From NCBI GenBank assembly GCA_038087875.1, contig CM075987.1:23686001-23750000 (forward strand): a stretch of DNA of 64,000 bases. Reading direction: 5' to 3'. The stretch is from Malacoraja senta (taxonomy: Eukaryota). A program made the translations under genes and the position numbers. Each line of letters starts with the position of its first letter. Within the stretch, counting starts at the first letter, position 1. This document shows positions 32,929-46,600 of this stretch, in pieces. The notes under the pieces were generated by a model that made no database searches, had not been told where the DNA came from, and saw nothing but the letters and a program-made list of their open reading frames with translations.

Positions 32929-35900
32929 CTGTATCTGTGGAGCGCAGTTCATTTGATGAGCAGGTGGTGAAGGGCAGCTGGCCTGACAGGTGATACACTG
33001 TTGGATTGGTGTTGTGTGGCCTTGGGCAGCCATTGCTCTATGTCGAGGCAGTAGAGATGGGGTGTTACAGGGTGTGTGGTGAGTGTCGTAGACCATCATT
33101 GTATAGAGCTGTTGAATGGTAGCGAAGGCAGGGCGGGCTGATCTGGCGCTTAAAGGCTTGTCGATGCTTTGCATCCAGTTTTGAGAAATGTGGAGGCTCT
33201 AGATTGCTACCCTGGGAATTTATCGAGGACCAAATGCACCCTCACACTCTTCTTGCAAGCTTCCCATACATTACCGATGCGCAGGAATGGATCATCACTC
33301 ATGACCAGCTTGCCTCGTAACAATGCAAGTTCTATGGACTATTTCTCTCGTGTCCTGACCCCAGGATGAGGAAGGGAGCACTTTGGACTTAAAAGTGTTC
33401 TTGCTCACAGTCCTGTGGCCCTCCTCTGAAACCATGGTGATTCTATCTGACACCAGTAAATGGACATCATTCTAGAGTCAGTTGAATGAAGGAGCTCCAC
33501 AGGTTGCAGCATTGATGTCCTAGTTCTAATCGCAACTAAATAATGTGAGTTTTAAAACCCCACTGCGGCAATTTAAATTCAGTCAGAACGAAGAAATAAA
33601 AAGGTTGGTCTTGGTAAAGTGCGACTGTAGATGATCTAAAAATTAAAGTGGGTTCTTTATTACTCGTTAAGTTGAGAAGTTCGAGGAACAGAATTAGGCC
33701 ATTTGGTCCATCAAGTCTCCCTTAACCCCTGACACCCTTGCTAATCAAGAAGAAATTAAGGGCATTAATTTAGGAGAAGAATCTGTAACCCCGTGCCTAC
33801 TCCTGGTCTGTGTGTGACTCCAGAACTTGCACATAAATGCTTCAATCGTAACTGCTGTCAGAAGTCCCCTAGCAGAATGCACAGTAGTCTCAAACTGCAA
33901 GAATGCCACCGCACCTGTCAGCTCGATTTCCAGGGCAACAGGAAGACCAGGCGTTAAGTGCCAGCCTTGCCACCCCAGTTCCCACAACTCGAGGGTGATG
34001 GTAGAACAAACGATATATTTGTCTGATGTTGGAAAAATCTTGGGAAATTTCATTTGTTGCTGTCCGTCTGGTGGCTGCCGGAGACCATGTACTGTGATAC
34101 CGGGTCCTTACTCTTTGCCGCAGCCTTCAGCGTATTCACAGCTGTGCAACGTTACAGCGATAGCCTGTGTATCGTACACATGTCATTTTACAATGGTGCA
34201 GGATGGAAGTGCAGATGCTGGGTTTACACCGGAGATAGACACAAAATGCTGGAGTAAGTCTGTAACAGCGGTCTGAAGTAGGGTCTCGACCCGAAACGTC
34301 ACCCATGCCTTCTCTCAGAGATGCTGCCTATTTACTCCACCAATACTGGAGTTACTCCAGTATTTTGTGTCAATCTAATTTACAATGGCCTGTGCATTTG
34401 TAGCAGGCGTGCAGTGTTACACTGGCTTGCACGTTTAGGTCCACATGTGTAACGTTACATAGCTTTGTGTTAGCTCGTGGGTGTAAGATATCAGCCCAAG
34501 TGCCTTTGCATCTGGATCTGCTTATAATCTGTTTTTGTTTTCTCACCTAAAGATCCTTTATCTTTGTTTCAACCACAAATTTGCAGACAATTCCCCCGAA
34601 ACGTTCATTGGTAGAGATGGTGAGGAACAGCAACACCGATCCCTGTGGGACTCCACTAGTAGCCGGCCCCCATTCCAGGTATACACCGTCAACCGGGTTA
34701 ACTACCTCCATCAAACTAGTCAATTCCTCCATGAGAAATTTAGTCCGTTTGCTAAGATTTAACCTTTTCTCCTCCAGATATCATTTTGGGAGCTCAACTT
34801 GACCTTGAGTAACTTCTTATCAGTTCATGTTCAGATGGGAAGTCGAGAATCATTCCCTTTTAGTTGGTTTCCCAGTTCTGATTTCTCCTTGGTCTGAATA
34901 TTGGGTTTTTAGCTTCAGGGAGACAGCACGGGAGAATGCCCTACAGCCCACCGAGTCTTGCTGAGCATCGATCCACCCGTTCACACTAGTTCTATGCTAT
35001 CCCACTTTCTCATCCACTCTCTGCACGCTTGGGGCAATTTGACAGAGGCCCAATTAAACAACAAAACCCCACAGTTTTGGCACGTGGGAGGAAACCAGAA
35101 CACCCGGAGGGAAGCCCACGCGGACACATGGAGAACGTACAAATTCCACACAGTGGTCAGGATGGAACCCGGTTCTCTGACTCTGTGAGGCAGCAACTCC
35201 AGCAACTGTGCCACTGTGCCGCCATTATCAATCTGTCTCGACAGTAGTCTCAGCCGCCTGCTCGACTTTCTCTCATTCAGGGAACAATCCCGCAAACACA
35301 TGAAACTGCTTAAGTGCCCGATTCTTTAAATGGTCTCAGAGAAATGACACTTGTAATCCAGACTGTACTCCTTATTAAGCACTACAGGAGTTACCAACCA
35401 TGGGAGGTGTCATGGTCGAGGCATTAAACTGAAGCCCTCTGCCAACAAAGTTGGGTGTAAAAGGTTCCATTCAACTATTCTGAGGAAATAGAAAACATTG
35501 AGTGCCTGTCAACCTCCTAGCCAATAATCATCTCTCTGATAACACTGAACATTAAAATTCAGCTTGTATCACATTGTGGTCCGTAGGATTTTACTGTCTT
35601 CAAATTAGCGACTTTATTTCTTACGTGTACGATAAACAGTGGGCGTAAAGGACTTGGGGGCATCCTGTGGCCATGAGAGAGGTTGTGCATATAATACTCT
35701 CTGTCTTTGTCAATTATTCTACTGGGTACCCAATGCGGTTTGTTAAAATAAATGGAAGGAAGAAATGCAATTCACGGTGGCTTCATTGGATCTGGAGCCG
35801 GAAATTTGCTCTAGTTGCCATTGCTGCTGAACCTGAGAGTTTGAAGCATGAGCAGGTCCATGGTTTAGTTCCGCCAATATCTTCCAGCCCTGGGCTAGAA

Positions 35901-36069
35901 TGGCCTTAACAGATCAGAACAGGGGGTAGCACCCAAGTACGTTACTGGTGAGAAACACCATCAGAGGTTTGTTCAAGAACTATTCATCTTCGAAGTTACG
36001 CATCCTCTGTCATGGTTTACATTCCTGTCGGTGTCCGTCTGATTTCCATAAAAGTGTAGCTTTTAATCC

Positions 36070-36269
36070 NNNNNNNNNNNNNNNNNNNNNNNNNNNNNNN
36101 NNNNNNNNNNNNNNNNNNNNNNNNNNNNNNNNNNNNNNNNNNNNNNNNNNNNNNNNNNNNNNNNNNNNNNNNNNNNNNNNNNNNNNNNNNNNNNNNNNNN
36201 NNNNNNNNNNNNNNNNNNNNNNNNNNNNNNNNNNNNNNNNNNNNNNNNNNNNNNNNNNNNNNNNNNNNN
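36070..36269. other. Assembly gap (200 N)
   Basis: Run of N; the round length suggests a placeholder of unknown true size. Confidence 0.98.
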
Positions 36270-37121
36270 TCCTGCTTTTACATTTCGTCTGAAGCCAAGT
36301 TAATTTATGAAGAATGATGAGTGACTTTTGCATAATTTATAAAAGAGACCAGGATGGAAAGAAAAATATATATCACCTGGTTCTTCACTCGGGTAACAAC
36401 CAAAGGCGCAGACGGAATGTGTATGAAGGAACTGCAGATGCTGGTTTGCACCGAAGATAGATGCAAAATGCTGGAGTAACTCAGGCGGGACAGGCAGCAT
36501 CTGTGTACAGAAGGAATGGGTGACGTTTTGGGTGGAGACCCTTCTTCACACTGGCACAGTTTGCTTTGTAATGATGTTGGGCAGTTTATATCTCCGATTC
36601 AGGGACAGTTTCTTCCCAGCTGTTATCCAGCAACTGAACCATCCTATCACCAACTAGAGAGCAGTCCTGAGCTACTATCTACAGCATTGGAGACCCTCAG
36701 ACTATCTGTAATCGGACATTACTGGACTTTATCTTGCATTAAACATTATTCATGTTATTCCCCTTATGTATCCGTACACTGTGGACGGCTTAATTGTAAT
36801 TATGTACAGTCTCTCTGCTGACTGGTTAGCACACAACAAAAACTTCACACTATCTCGGTACACGTGACAATAAACCGAGGTACAGTGAAAAGCCTTTTGT
36901 TGCGTGCTAACCAGTCAGCGGAAAGACAATACATGATTACAATCGATCATTTACAGTGTATAGATACATGATAAGGGAATAACGTTTAGTGCGAGGTAAA
37001 GCCAGCAAGGTCCGATCAAGGATATTGTGTTTAAGAAGGAACTGCAGATGCTGGAAAATTGAAGGTAGACAAAAATGCTGGAGAAACTCAGCGGGTGAGG
37101 CAGCATCTATGGAGCGAAGGA

Positions 37122-37484
37122 AATAATAATAATACTAATAATGGATGGGATTTATATAGCGCCTTTCTAATACTCAAGGCGCTTTACATCGCATTATTCA
37201 TTCACTCCTCAGTCACACTCGATGGTGGTGAGCTACTTCTGTAGCCACAGCTGCCCTGGGCAGACTGACGGAAGCGTGGCTGCTAATCTGCGCCTACGGC
37301 CCCTCCGACCACCACCAATCACTCACACACATTCACACACATTCACACGCATTCACACGCAGGCAAAGGTGGGTGAAGTGTCTTGCCCGAGGACACAACG
37401 ACAGTATGCACTCCAAGCGGGATTCGAACCGGCTACCTTCTGGTTGCCAGCCGAACACTTAGCCCATTGCGCCATCTGTCGTCC
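37122..37484 (-). mobile_element. tRNA-derived CORE-type SINE with L2-like tail (copy 1)
   Basis: The - strand has a head TGGCGCAATGG...GGTTCGAATCC, CORE-like GTGTCCTCGGGCAAGACACTT, and tail GTAAAGCGCCTTGAG..AGGCGCTATATAAAT..(TTA)n. Confidence 0.82.
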
Positions 37485-39422
37485 CAGATGGTTTTAGATG
37501 GTGCTAGAGATAGTGGCGCGGTGCTCGTCTGTGGGGTCATAGACCAAGGATAAGTAGGAGGAGGTGTCTGAGAGTTGGCGCGTGGCCTCAGCCTTGTAGA
37601 GATCAGCGCGCCAGACTACCACGGCACCTCCCTTGTCCTTCGCTCCGTGGATCCGATCAAGGATAGTCTGAGGGTCACCATGGAGGTAGATAGTAGTTCA
37701 GCACTGCTCTCTGGTTGTGGAAGGATGATTCAGTTGCCTCAAATTTAACCCCTTATTCTGGCACCTTGATGCTGACTCTAGATAGTGAAACTAGGGGGGA
37801 AGACCAACAGCTCATTTGTGACGAGTGACAACTCAGTGACAAGCTCATGTAGTGTGTCTCAGATTCAGGGACAGTTTCTTCCCAGCTGTTATCAGGCAAC
37901 TGAACCATCTTATCACCAATTAAGGAGCAGTCCTGAACTACCATCTACAACGTTGGAGACCGCCGGGCTCTCTTTAATCGGAATGTGTAGAAAGGAACTG
38001 CAGATGCCGGTTTAAACCGAAGATACACACAAAATGCTGGAGTAACTCAGCGGGTCAGGCAGCATCTCTGGAGAAAAAGAATGGCCAATGTTTTGGGTCG
38101 AGACTCGTCTTCAGACTGAGAGTCAGACAGAGAGGGAGATGGGAGATACTGACGGCATATAGAACAAATGAATGAAAGGTATTCAAAACGATGGTCACGG
38201 GAAGGTGGAACCCACAAAGGTCCATTGTTGGTTGTGGGGTAGGTGATAATGAGTTATGCAGCAGGACGACAGTGAAACTAGTACGAAGCTAGGGTGGCGG
38301 AGGGATGGAGAGAGAGCGGATTCAAGGGTTACTTGAAGTTAGAGAAATCAATATTCATACTGCAGGGTCATAAGCTGCACGCCAGCATTTTGTGTTGATC
38401 TTTAATTGGACACAACTGGATTTTATCTTGCACTAAATGTTTTTCACATTATTCCCTTTATTGTGTATCTGTACGCTGTGGATAATGTGGATTGTAATCA
38501 TGTATTGCCTTTCCGCTGACTGGTTAGCACATAACAAAAGCTTTTCGCTGTACCTCAACACACGTGACAATAAACTGAACCAAACAAAACTAGTTTCACT
38601 AGTCTGCTGGGCACCTAGTTACACATAATAGTGTCTGGTGACTGTGTACTGGGAGAGACCACATTCATCCCTGTGCCAGTCACAAAGGAATTGCTTGACC
38701 TCTTGCCCTGCGCAATATGCAATGACCTTTGCTGTAAAATGGTGTGACCAGATTGTTAAAACAAAAAGGTCACTATCTCCACTGCTTTGAATAGATACCA
38801 GTCGGTAGACTGCATGTCAGTTCAGTCAGTTTAGTTTATTGCCCACGAGTACCGAGGTACAGTGAAAAGCTTTTGTTGCGTGCTAACCAGTCAGCGGAAA
38901 GACAATACATGATTACAATCGAGCCATTTACAGTGTGTAGATACATGATGAGGGAATAACGTTTAGTGCAAGGTAAAGTCCGATCAAGGATAGTCCGAGA
39001 GTCACCAAAGAGGTAGATAGTAATTGAGCACTGCTCTCTGGATAGAAACATAGAAGATAGTTGCGGGAGGAGGCCATTTGGCCCTTCGAACCAGCACTGC
39101 CATTCAATATGATCATGGCTGATCATCCTAAATCAGTGCCTTGTTCCTGCTTTCTCCCCATATCACTTAATTCATTATTCCTAAGAGCTATATCTAACTT
39201 TCTCTTGAAAACATCCGGCGAATTGGCCTCCACTTCTTCCGTGGTAGAGAATCCCACTGTAGTAGGATGTGGTAGGGTGATTCCGTTGCCTGATGTGTGA
39301 ACCGTTTGGTTAACCATTTTAACCATTTGGTTGAAAGTGGGTAATCTGAAAAAGGAAGGTAGACAAACATGCTGGAGAAACTCAGCGGGTGAGGCAGCAT
39401 CTATGGAGCGAAGGAAATAGGC

Positions 39423-39451
39423 AACGTTTCGGGGTCGAAACCCTTCTTCAG
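39423..39451 (-). ncRNA. Minimal hammerhead ribozyme core, antisense copy
   Basis: Reverse complement reads CUGAAGA-A-GGGU(UUCG)ACCCC-GAAA-C-GUU, with one extra C. Confidence 0.6.
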
Positions 39452-40240
39452 ATCTGAAAAGGGAAGTTGGAACGCCACTGGTCGAGCAAATTGGCCCGTG
39501 ATCCTCTGCCGTCACCAGATTTGGCCTTCAGTAACCACAGCCATCTTCCTTAATGTTGGCTGTGTTCCAACTCATCGACAGTGGGTCCCGGCACCATCAC
39601 TTTTATTGAGACGGCTGGATGTTCATGAATTCTTCTGTAGACTTTAGAGATACAGCGCGGAAACAGTGCCCTTCGGCCCAACGAGTCCGCGCCGACCAGC
39701 GATCGCTGTCCTACACACTAGGGGACAATTTCCAATTTTACCGAAGCAAATTGACCTACAAACCTGCACATCTTTGGAGTGTGGGAGGAAACTGGAGCAC
39801 CCGGACTGAACCTACACATTCACAGGGATAACGTGCAAACTCCATAGGGACAGCACCCGTAGTCAGGATCGAACCCAGGTCTCCGGCGCTGTAAGCAGCA
39901 ACTCTACCACTGCGCCACCGTGCCCGCCCCACTCTTCCTATAACTTGCTTAATCATCCATTGCTATTCATGATTTAAAATGTGCAGAGTTTTGATCAGAT
40001 CCATTGGTGGTGAAATGACTAGCCATTATGTATAGCACAGCATAAATGGTGTATGTTTGCTGTTGACATACATGTGTGAGCGTGTACACACACTTATGGA
40101 TGTATACACATCCATGTCTTGGAGGTAGACGCAAAATGCCGGAGTAACTCAGCGGGGCAGGCTGCATCTCTGGAGAGAAGGAATGGGTGACGTTTCGGGT
40201 CGAGACCCTTTCTTCAGACTGACCTGAAACGGCCCAGTCT

Positions 40241-40547
40241 CGTTGAAGCTCCAAGGCATGGAGTGTAGGAAAGAACTGCAGATGCTAGCTTCAATCAAAG
40301 GTAGACACAAAACGCTGGAGTAACTCAGTGGGACAGGCAGCATCTCTGGAGAGAAGGAATGGCCTGTTTCAATGCTGCATCGCAAAAACTAGATGCCCCT
40401 GTTCGGCATCTAGCATTGAAACAGGCCATTCCTTCTCTCCAGAGATGCTGCCTGTCCCACTGAGTTACTCCAGCGTTTTGTGTCTACCTTTGATTGAAGC
40501 CAGCATCTGCAGTTCTTTCCTACACTCCATGCCTTGGAGCTTCAACG
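40241..40547. repeat. Near-perfect inverted repeat (136-bp arms)
   Basis: 40241-40376 is the reverse complement of 40412-40547, with one mismatch seen. Confidence 0.93.
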
Positions 40548-40909
40548 GGTTGCTGCCTCCTTATTAGATAGGTCCAATGTTGCTCCTGGCCTGTTCTTCT
40601 CCTCGTGGAGCTGGGGTTGTTCCCAGGCTTGATGCGAGATGGGACTTGATGAGCCATGAGATTACAACACAATTCTGTTATGGATGGCCCCAGAGCAACT
40701 TGGTTTTCTAGTTTGCAGCTGCCGTCTATGTTAATGAAATTTGACCCATCATGCATGTCCCGCTGCAGTTATATAAGACGTCAGTGAGGTTGCGTTTAGA
40801 AGATTGCTCTTTCTAAATTGCAGTATCTCGAAGTTAAACTATGACCACAATCAAATGACTAATCACCTTTTAACTAGTTCCTGGTGACAGTTGTTGAAGG
40901 AAGTCCACC

Positions 40910-41225
40910 AGGGTGGCGCAGAGGTGGAGCAGCTACCTCACAGAGCCACGTCCCCGGGTTCGATCCTGACCACGGCTGTTTGTCTGTACGGAGTTTGTAC
41001 CTTCTCCTCGTGACCTGCGTGGGGTTTTCTTCGGGTGCTCGGGTTTCCTTCCACACCCCAAAGACGTGCAGGTTTGTAGCCTAATTAGCTTGGCACAATT
41101 GTAAACTGTCCTAGTGTGCGTAGGTTAGCGTTAGCTTGTGGGGATCGCTGGTCAGCGCGGACTCTGTGGGCCGAAGATGTCTGTTTCCGCACTGTGTCTC
41201 TAGACTAAACTAAAGTATACTAAAG
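40910..41225 (+). mobile_element. V-SINE (HE1-like)
   Basis: A and B boxes, V domain and tail. Confidence 0.82.
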
Positions 41226-41644
41226 TCACATACCAACATTCAATCCCAGAGCCACTGAACATGGATTAGTGTTGTGCCGGAATTGTATGTCTGAGGTGAG
41301 TGTCTGTGGATATTGGTCACCTATCTAATGGCCACAATTCCTCACAGTATGTCTAATTGGACTCCTCCGTATCTAACGTGCATCCTAAATGTAACCTGGA
41401 AAGGCCGTTCGGGGGCATCTAGTTTTTGTGATGCAGCATTGAAACAGGCCATTCGGCCCACCGAGTCCATGCTGACCACCGATCATTCGTTCACACTGGT
41501 TCTATGTTGCCTTGCTTTCTCATCCACTTCCCACACATATTAGTGACAACTTTACAAAAGGCCAACTAACCTGCAAACCCTCACGTCTTTTGGGATGTGA
41601 TGGGAAACCAGAGCACCCAGAGGAAACCCACGCAGTCAATAGAC

Positions 41645-42006
41645 AATAATAATAATAATAATAATGGATGGGATTTATATAGCGCCTTTCTAATACTCAA
41701 GGCGCTTTACATCGCATTATTCATTCACTCCTCAGTCACACTCGGTGGTGGTGAGCTACTTCTGTAGCCACAGCTGCCCTGGGGCAGACTGACGGAAGCG
41801 TGGCTGCTAATCTGCGCCTACGGCCCCTCCGACCACCACCAATCACTCACACACATACACACATTCACACACATTCACACGCAGGCAAAGGTGGGTGAAG
41901 TGTCTTGCCCAAGGACACAACGACAGTATGCACTCCAAGCGGGATTCGAACCGGCTGCCTTCCGGTTGCCAGCCGAACACTTAGCCCATTGCGCCATCTG
42001 TCGTCC
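41645..42006 (-). mobile_element. tRNA-derived CORE-type SINE with L2-like tail (copy 2)
   Basis: Near-identical to 37122-37484; inserted in a CR1 (caataga)n tail. Confidence 0.82.
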
Positions 42007-43301
42007 TAAACGATCCTAACAATAGACAATAGGTGCAGGAGTAGGCCATTTGGCCCTTCGAGCCAGCACCGCCATTCAATGTGATCATGGCTGATCATCC
42101 CCAATCAGTACCCCGTTCCAGCCTTCTCCCCATATCCCCTGACTCCGCTATCTTTATGAGCCCTATCTAGTTCTCTCTTGAAAGCATCCAGAGAACCTGC
42201 CTCCACCGCCCTCTGAGGCAGAGAATTCCACAGTCACAGGGAGAGTGTGCAACCTGACCCAGACAGTACCCCAGGTTAGGATCGAACTTGGGTCTCGGGC
42301 ACTGTGAGGCAGTAGCTCGACCACTGAGTGCTGCAATGGAGGAGCAGATTTTATTTTTCTCTTTTATCCAATTTCCTGGGTAATTGGGAAGATGAATGTA
42401 TGTGTTTGAATTTCCATGTCAGGATTCTGCACCTTTCCACAATCTACCCTCAAATCTCTTGGGTCAAAGCTTGCTCAGTGACCTGATTTCACATCCCCTT
42501 TCAAGGAGATGCCAGTTCTCACAGGAGGACTAGTTCCCTATTATCATTGAATGGCGATAAGTCATTGACCAGAAACAGTAACACTTTCTCGCCCCACGGA
42601 AGCTGCTTGACCTGCTGAGTGTTTTATCTGCACGCCCAAGTGAGACTGTTTCTAATAGTTAAGGATGTAAAACCAGTTGCCATAGAAATAAGATGACATG
42701 TTTAGTTTAGTGAAACAGCGCAGAAACAGGCCCTTCTGCCCACCGAGTCCGTGCCGACCAGCGATTCCACTAACACTATCCTACACACACAAGGGACAAT
42801 TTACCATATTTTTTATACCAAGTCAATTAACCTACGAAACTGTACGTCTTTGAAGAGTGGGACTAAACCAGAGTTCCTGGAGAAAACCCACGCAGGTCCC
42901 AGGGAGAGGGTACAGACTATGTGTTGGGAGATAGAACTGAAGGCAGTAGGAAGTTCTTCACAAGAGGTTGTGAAGTGATGGGATTCACTGGTGCTGGAGG
43001 CAGAAACACTGTCTGAGATGAGACTGGCTTGAGGTGAGGTGGATGAATGAGAAAGGGAGAGGCCATGGGATGGTCTGGTGATTTGGACCATTTGCTCATT
43101 AAGAGGACGTATCTTCAGAAAGCAGAGGAGGAGGAATTTCTTTAGCCAGATGGGTGGTGAATCTGTGGAATTCATCGGCACAGACAGCTGTGGAGATCAG
43201 CAGAACGGGGTTGAAAGGGAAAAATAGATCAGCCGCGATTGAGGGGGCAGAGTAGACTTGATGGGCCAAATGGCCAAATTCTGCTTCTATGGCACGCCTT
43301 A

Positions 43302-43659
43302 AGGGCCTGTCCCACTGTACGAGGTAATTCAAGAGTTCTCCCGAGTCTTCCCCTGATTCCAACTCGGAGAATGTCCGTAGCGGGTCCGTAGGAGTTCGTG
43401 GATGTCTCGTAGCGGCTCGTACGAGTAACGGTAGGTACTCGGGAAATCCGGTAAACTCGTGACGTTTTTTTCAACACTGCAAAAAATGTCCACGAGTAAA
43501 AAAATACTCGTGATGAAAAAAATGGTTACTTTTTACTCGTACGAGCCGCTACGAGACATCCACAAACTCCTTCGGACCCGCTACGGACATTCTCCGAGTT
43601 CGAATCAGGTGAAAACTCGGGAGAACTCTTGAATTACCTCGTACAGTGGGACAGGCCCT
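43302..43659. mobile_element. PIF/Harbinger-like MITE with ~125-bp TIRs
   Basis: AGGGCCTGTCCCACTGTACGAGGTAATTCAAGAG ... CTCTTGAATTACCTCGTACAGTGGGACAGGCCCT; flanks TTA/GTA. Confidence 0.8.
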
Positions 43660-46600
43660 GTATGACCCTATTTGAATCTGGGCGAAATGGACTGAATGGC
43701 CTGTTTCTAAACTGTAACCTGCAACAGTCTGCCCAAGTTCCCTGCTCTCTGTCCCCCTCTCATTTGAGTCTCGTTTTATAATCCCCTGTAGGGATTAGAG
43801 AAAGGACGTAAGGACGTAAATTGGTTTTAATAGCGGAGCAGAAGGCTGATTAACTTCTGACCTTCAACTCCGTTACTGAGAGAATATCGGCCCATATGTC
43901 TGCTTTATCTTTAAGCTTTAAAGCTGATTTTCTGGGAGTTTTACAGCGTTCAAGTTAAGAGATCTCAATCACCAAGTCTACAGTCGGCGCTGGTACATAG
44001 TTATATGTATATAATATATTTAAGAGAGACCTGTAGATGCTGGAAAAATCGAAGGAGGACAAAAATGCTGGAGAAACTCAGCAGGTGAGGCAGCATCTAT
44101 GGAGAGAAGGAATAAGTGGCTTTTCGGGTCGAGACCTCTCCTCTGGTCCCCGCAATCACGTACAGAACGAAGCAACAAGCCAATTGCAGGGTTGGGTGGT
44201 CAACGGTAGCGTTGCTGCCTTACAGCACTTTCAGCGCCGGAGACCCGGGTTCGATCCCGACTACGGGTGCTGTCCGTACGGAGTTTGTACGTTCTCCCCG
44301 TGACCGGCGTGGGTTTTCTCCGAGATCTTCAGTTTCCTCCCACACTCCAAATACGTACAGGTTTGTAGGTTAATTGGCTTGGTGAACATTTAAATTGTCC
44401 CCAGTGTGTGTAGGATAGTGTTAATGTGCGGGATCGCTGGTCGGCCTGGACTCTGGGGACAAGTTACAATTTTGACCGAAGCCAATTAACCTACAAACCT
44501 GCACGTCATTGGAGTGTGGGAGGAAACTGGAGCGCCCAGAGAAACTCCACGTGGTAGTGGGAGAACGTACAAACTCCGTACAGACGGCACCCTTAGTCAG
44601 GATCGAACACGGGTCTCTGGCGCTATAAGGAAGCAACTCAACCACTGCGCCACCATGACGGCCAACCCTACAATTGGCTTGTTGATGAATGACTACTATA
44701 TTTTGCTGGTTACTGTTTGTAAGCCTCGTTGTCACCTTCCCCTCAGCCAACAGTGAACCATTCTACATGTCCTTGATCATCGTCTGCTTTGATCTGTCGT
44801 TTTCACACCTTGCCCTTCCAGATCTCTGGTCTCCTTATCCCCTGACTCTCAGTCTCTAGAAGGTTTGACCCGAAACTTCACCCTTTCCTTCTCTCCAGAG
44901 ATGCTGCCTGTCCCGCTGAGTTACTCCAGCATTTTGCGTCTGCCTTCGTCATATTTCTGGTGGGGTTAGACTTTGAGTGGGAGGATCATGCGGGGCGAGT
45001 CTGTCCCCATTTTACCCGGGGTTCGAACTTTGTTTCACAAAATCAGTAAGCGCGTTAAAAGTATCAGTGGAAAAAGAGGAACGGAAGTTCCTGGGATATG
45101 TGGTCATAGGCTTGAGAGTGGGATGGTGGCTGCTTGTAATGAGAGGATCTTGTCGTGCTTGGATCACATGCTTGCTTGCCGCAGTGGCTCTGTCACTCCT
45201 CCTGGGCTGTGAATGGCCTTTTTGTCTCGGGTCGGGCAGCTGTGGGAGTTTGTTGACATTGCCGCCTGCAGTTAGATTAGCAGTGAAAGAACAGTCGCGC
45301 ACACAGAGGGTCGAAGACCGGTTCCAACTCGCGTTGATTTGGTATAGGGCTTGAGATTGTGGGAATGATTGAAAAGCTGGTGATGTTTCCGCTCTGTGGA
45401 AATCCAACTCCTCCAGTCTGCCTTAAACCCCCCCCCCCCCCCCCCCCCCCCAAACCCCTGTACTCAGAGCAACATCTGATTAAGGGTTTGGTGAACCGGA
45501 ACAGGACAATGTGTGTAGTTTAGTTTAGAGATACAGCGCAGAAACACGCCCTCTGGCGCACCGAGTCCGCGCCGGCCACCGAGCCCCGTACACCGGCACT
45601 GTGCTACATTCACACACACTCGGGATCATTTTACAATTTCTACCAAGCCAATTAGCCTACAAACCTGTACGTCTTTGGAGTGTGGGAGGAAACCGAAGAT
45701 CTCGGAGAAAACCCACGCGGTCACGGGGAGAAGGTACAAACTCCCCATAGCCAGCACCCGCAGTCGGGACGAAACCAGGGTTCCTGGCACTGCAAGCGCT
45801 GTAAGGCAACAATGCTACCACTGTGCCGGTGTGCCACCCAAGTGTGTAGGGTTGCTGGTTGGCATGGACCCGGTGGGCCGATGGGCCTGTTTCTGCATTG
45901 TATCTCTAAAGCAAAGTAAAGACTCCCATCCACAACATTTATCACCAAGAATTCTTTCCCTGCCTCCTCGTTGAGCTCTATTCTGGACCTGAGGCCTTAA
46001 ATCAATGAAGGATTTTCTAGATTTATGATCACTTGTTGAGATTTTATATCTTCACTCCTGGAATCTGCTGGTGTTTTGCTGATGACATTGCAGGCTTAGC
46101 TACACATCACAGGTGCTGGTTTACACTGAAGATAGATAGACACGTCACGCTGCAAGTACCTCAGCGGGACAGGCAGCATTTCTGGAGGAGAGGAATAGCT
46201 GACGTTTCGGTTCGAGACCCTCCTTCAGAACGTCACCAATTCCTTTTCCTCAGAGATGGCGTGTGAGGCAGGGACACGTTGGCCGGTGTGGGTGCAGGTT
46301 GGGCATGTTCCCACGCTCTGTCGCTCTGTGGCCGATTCGGGAAGCCCAAGCCGCTGGGAACGTTCTCCCGTTCCGACGTCGGAGTTCCATCATCCGGCGA
46401 GCGGGCCTGAACATCGGGCCGTTCGTAGCGGCGACAGGGAGGGGTTCGGGAGCCCCCCGACCACGGGTGAACAACAGCGGACAACAGAGGAGGATGACTG
46501 AACTTTGGTGCCTTCCCTCACAGTGGGAAACTTTGATACCGCTGTGCGGGGATGTCTGTGTTAAAGACTATTGTGTTCTGTGTTCATTTTTATTCGTATG

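Noticed and set aside
35948..36333. ORFs spanning the N run
   Set aside because: Artefacts of the gap.
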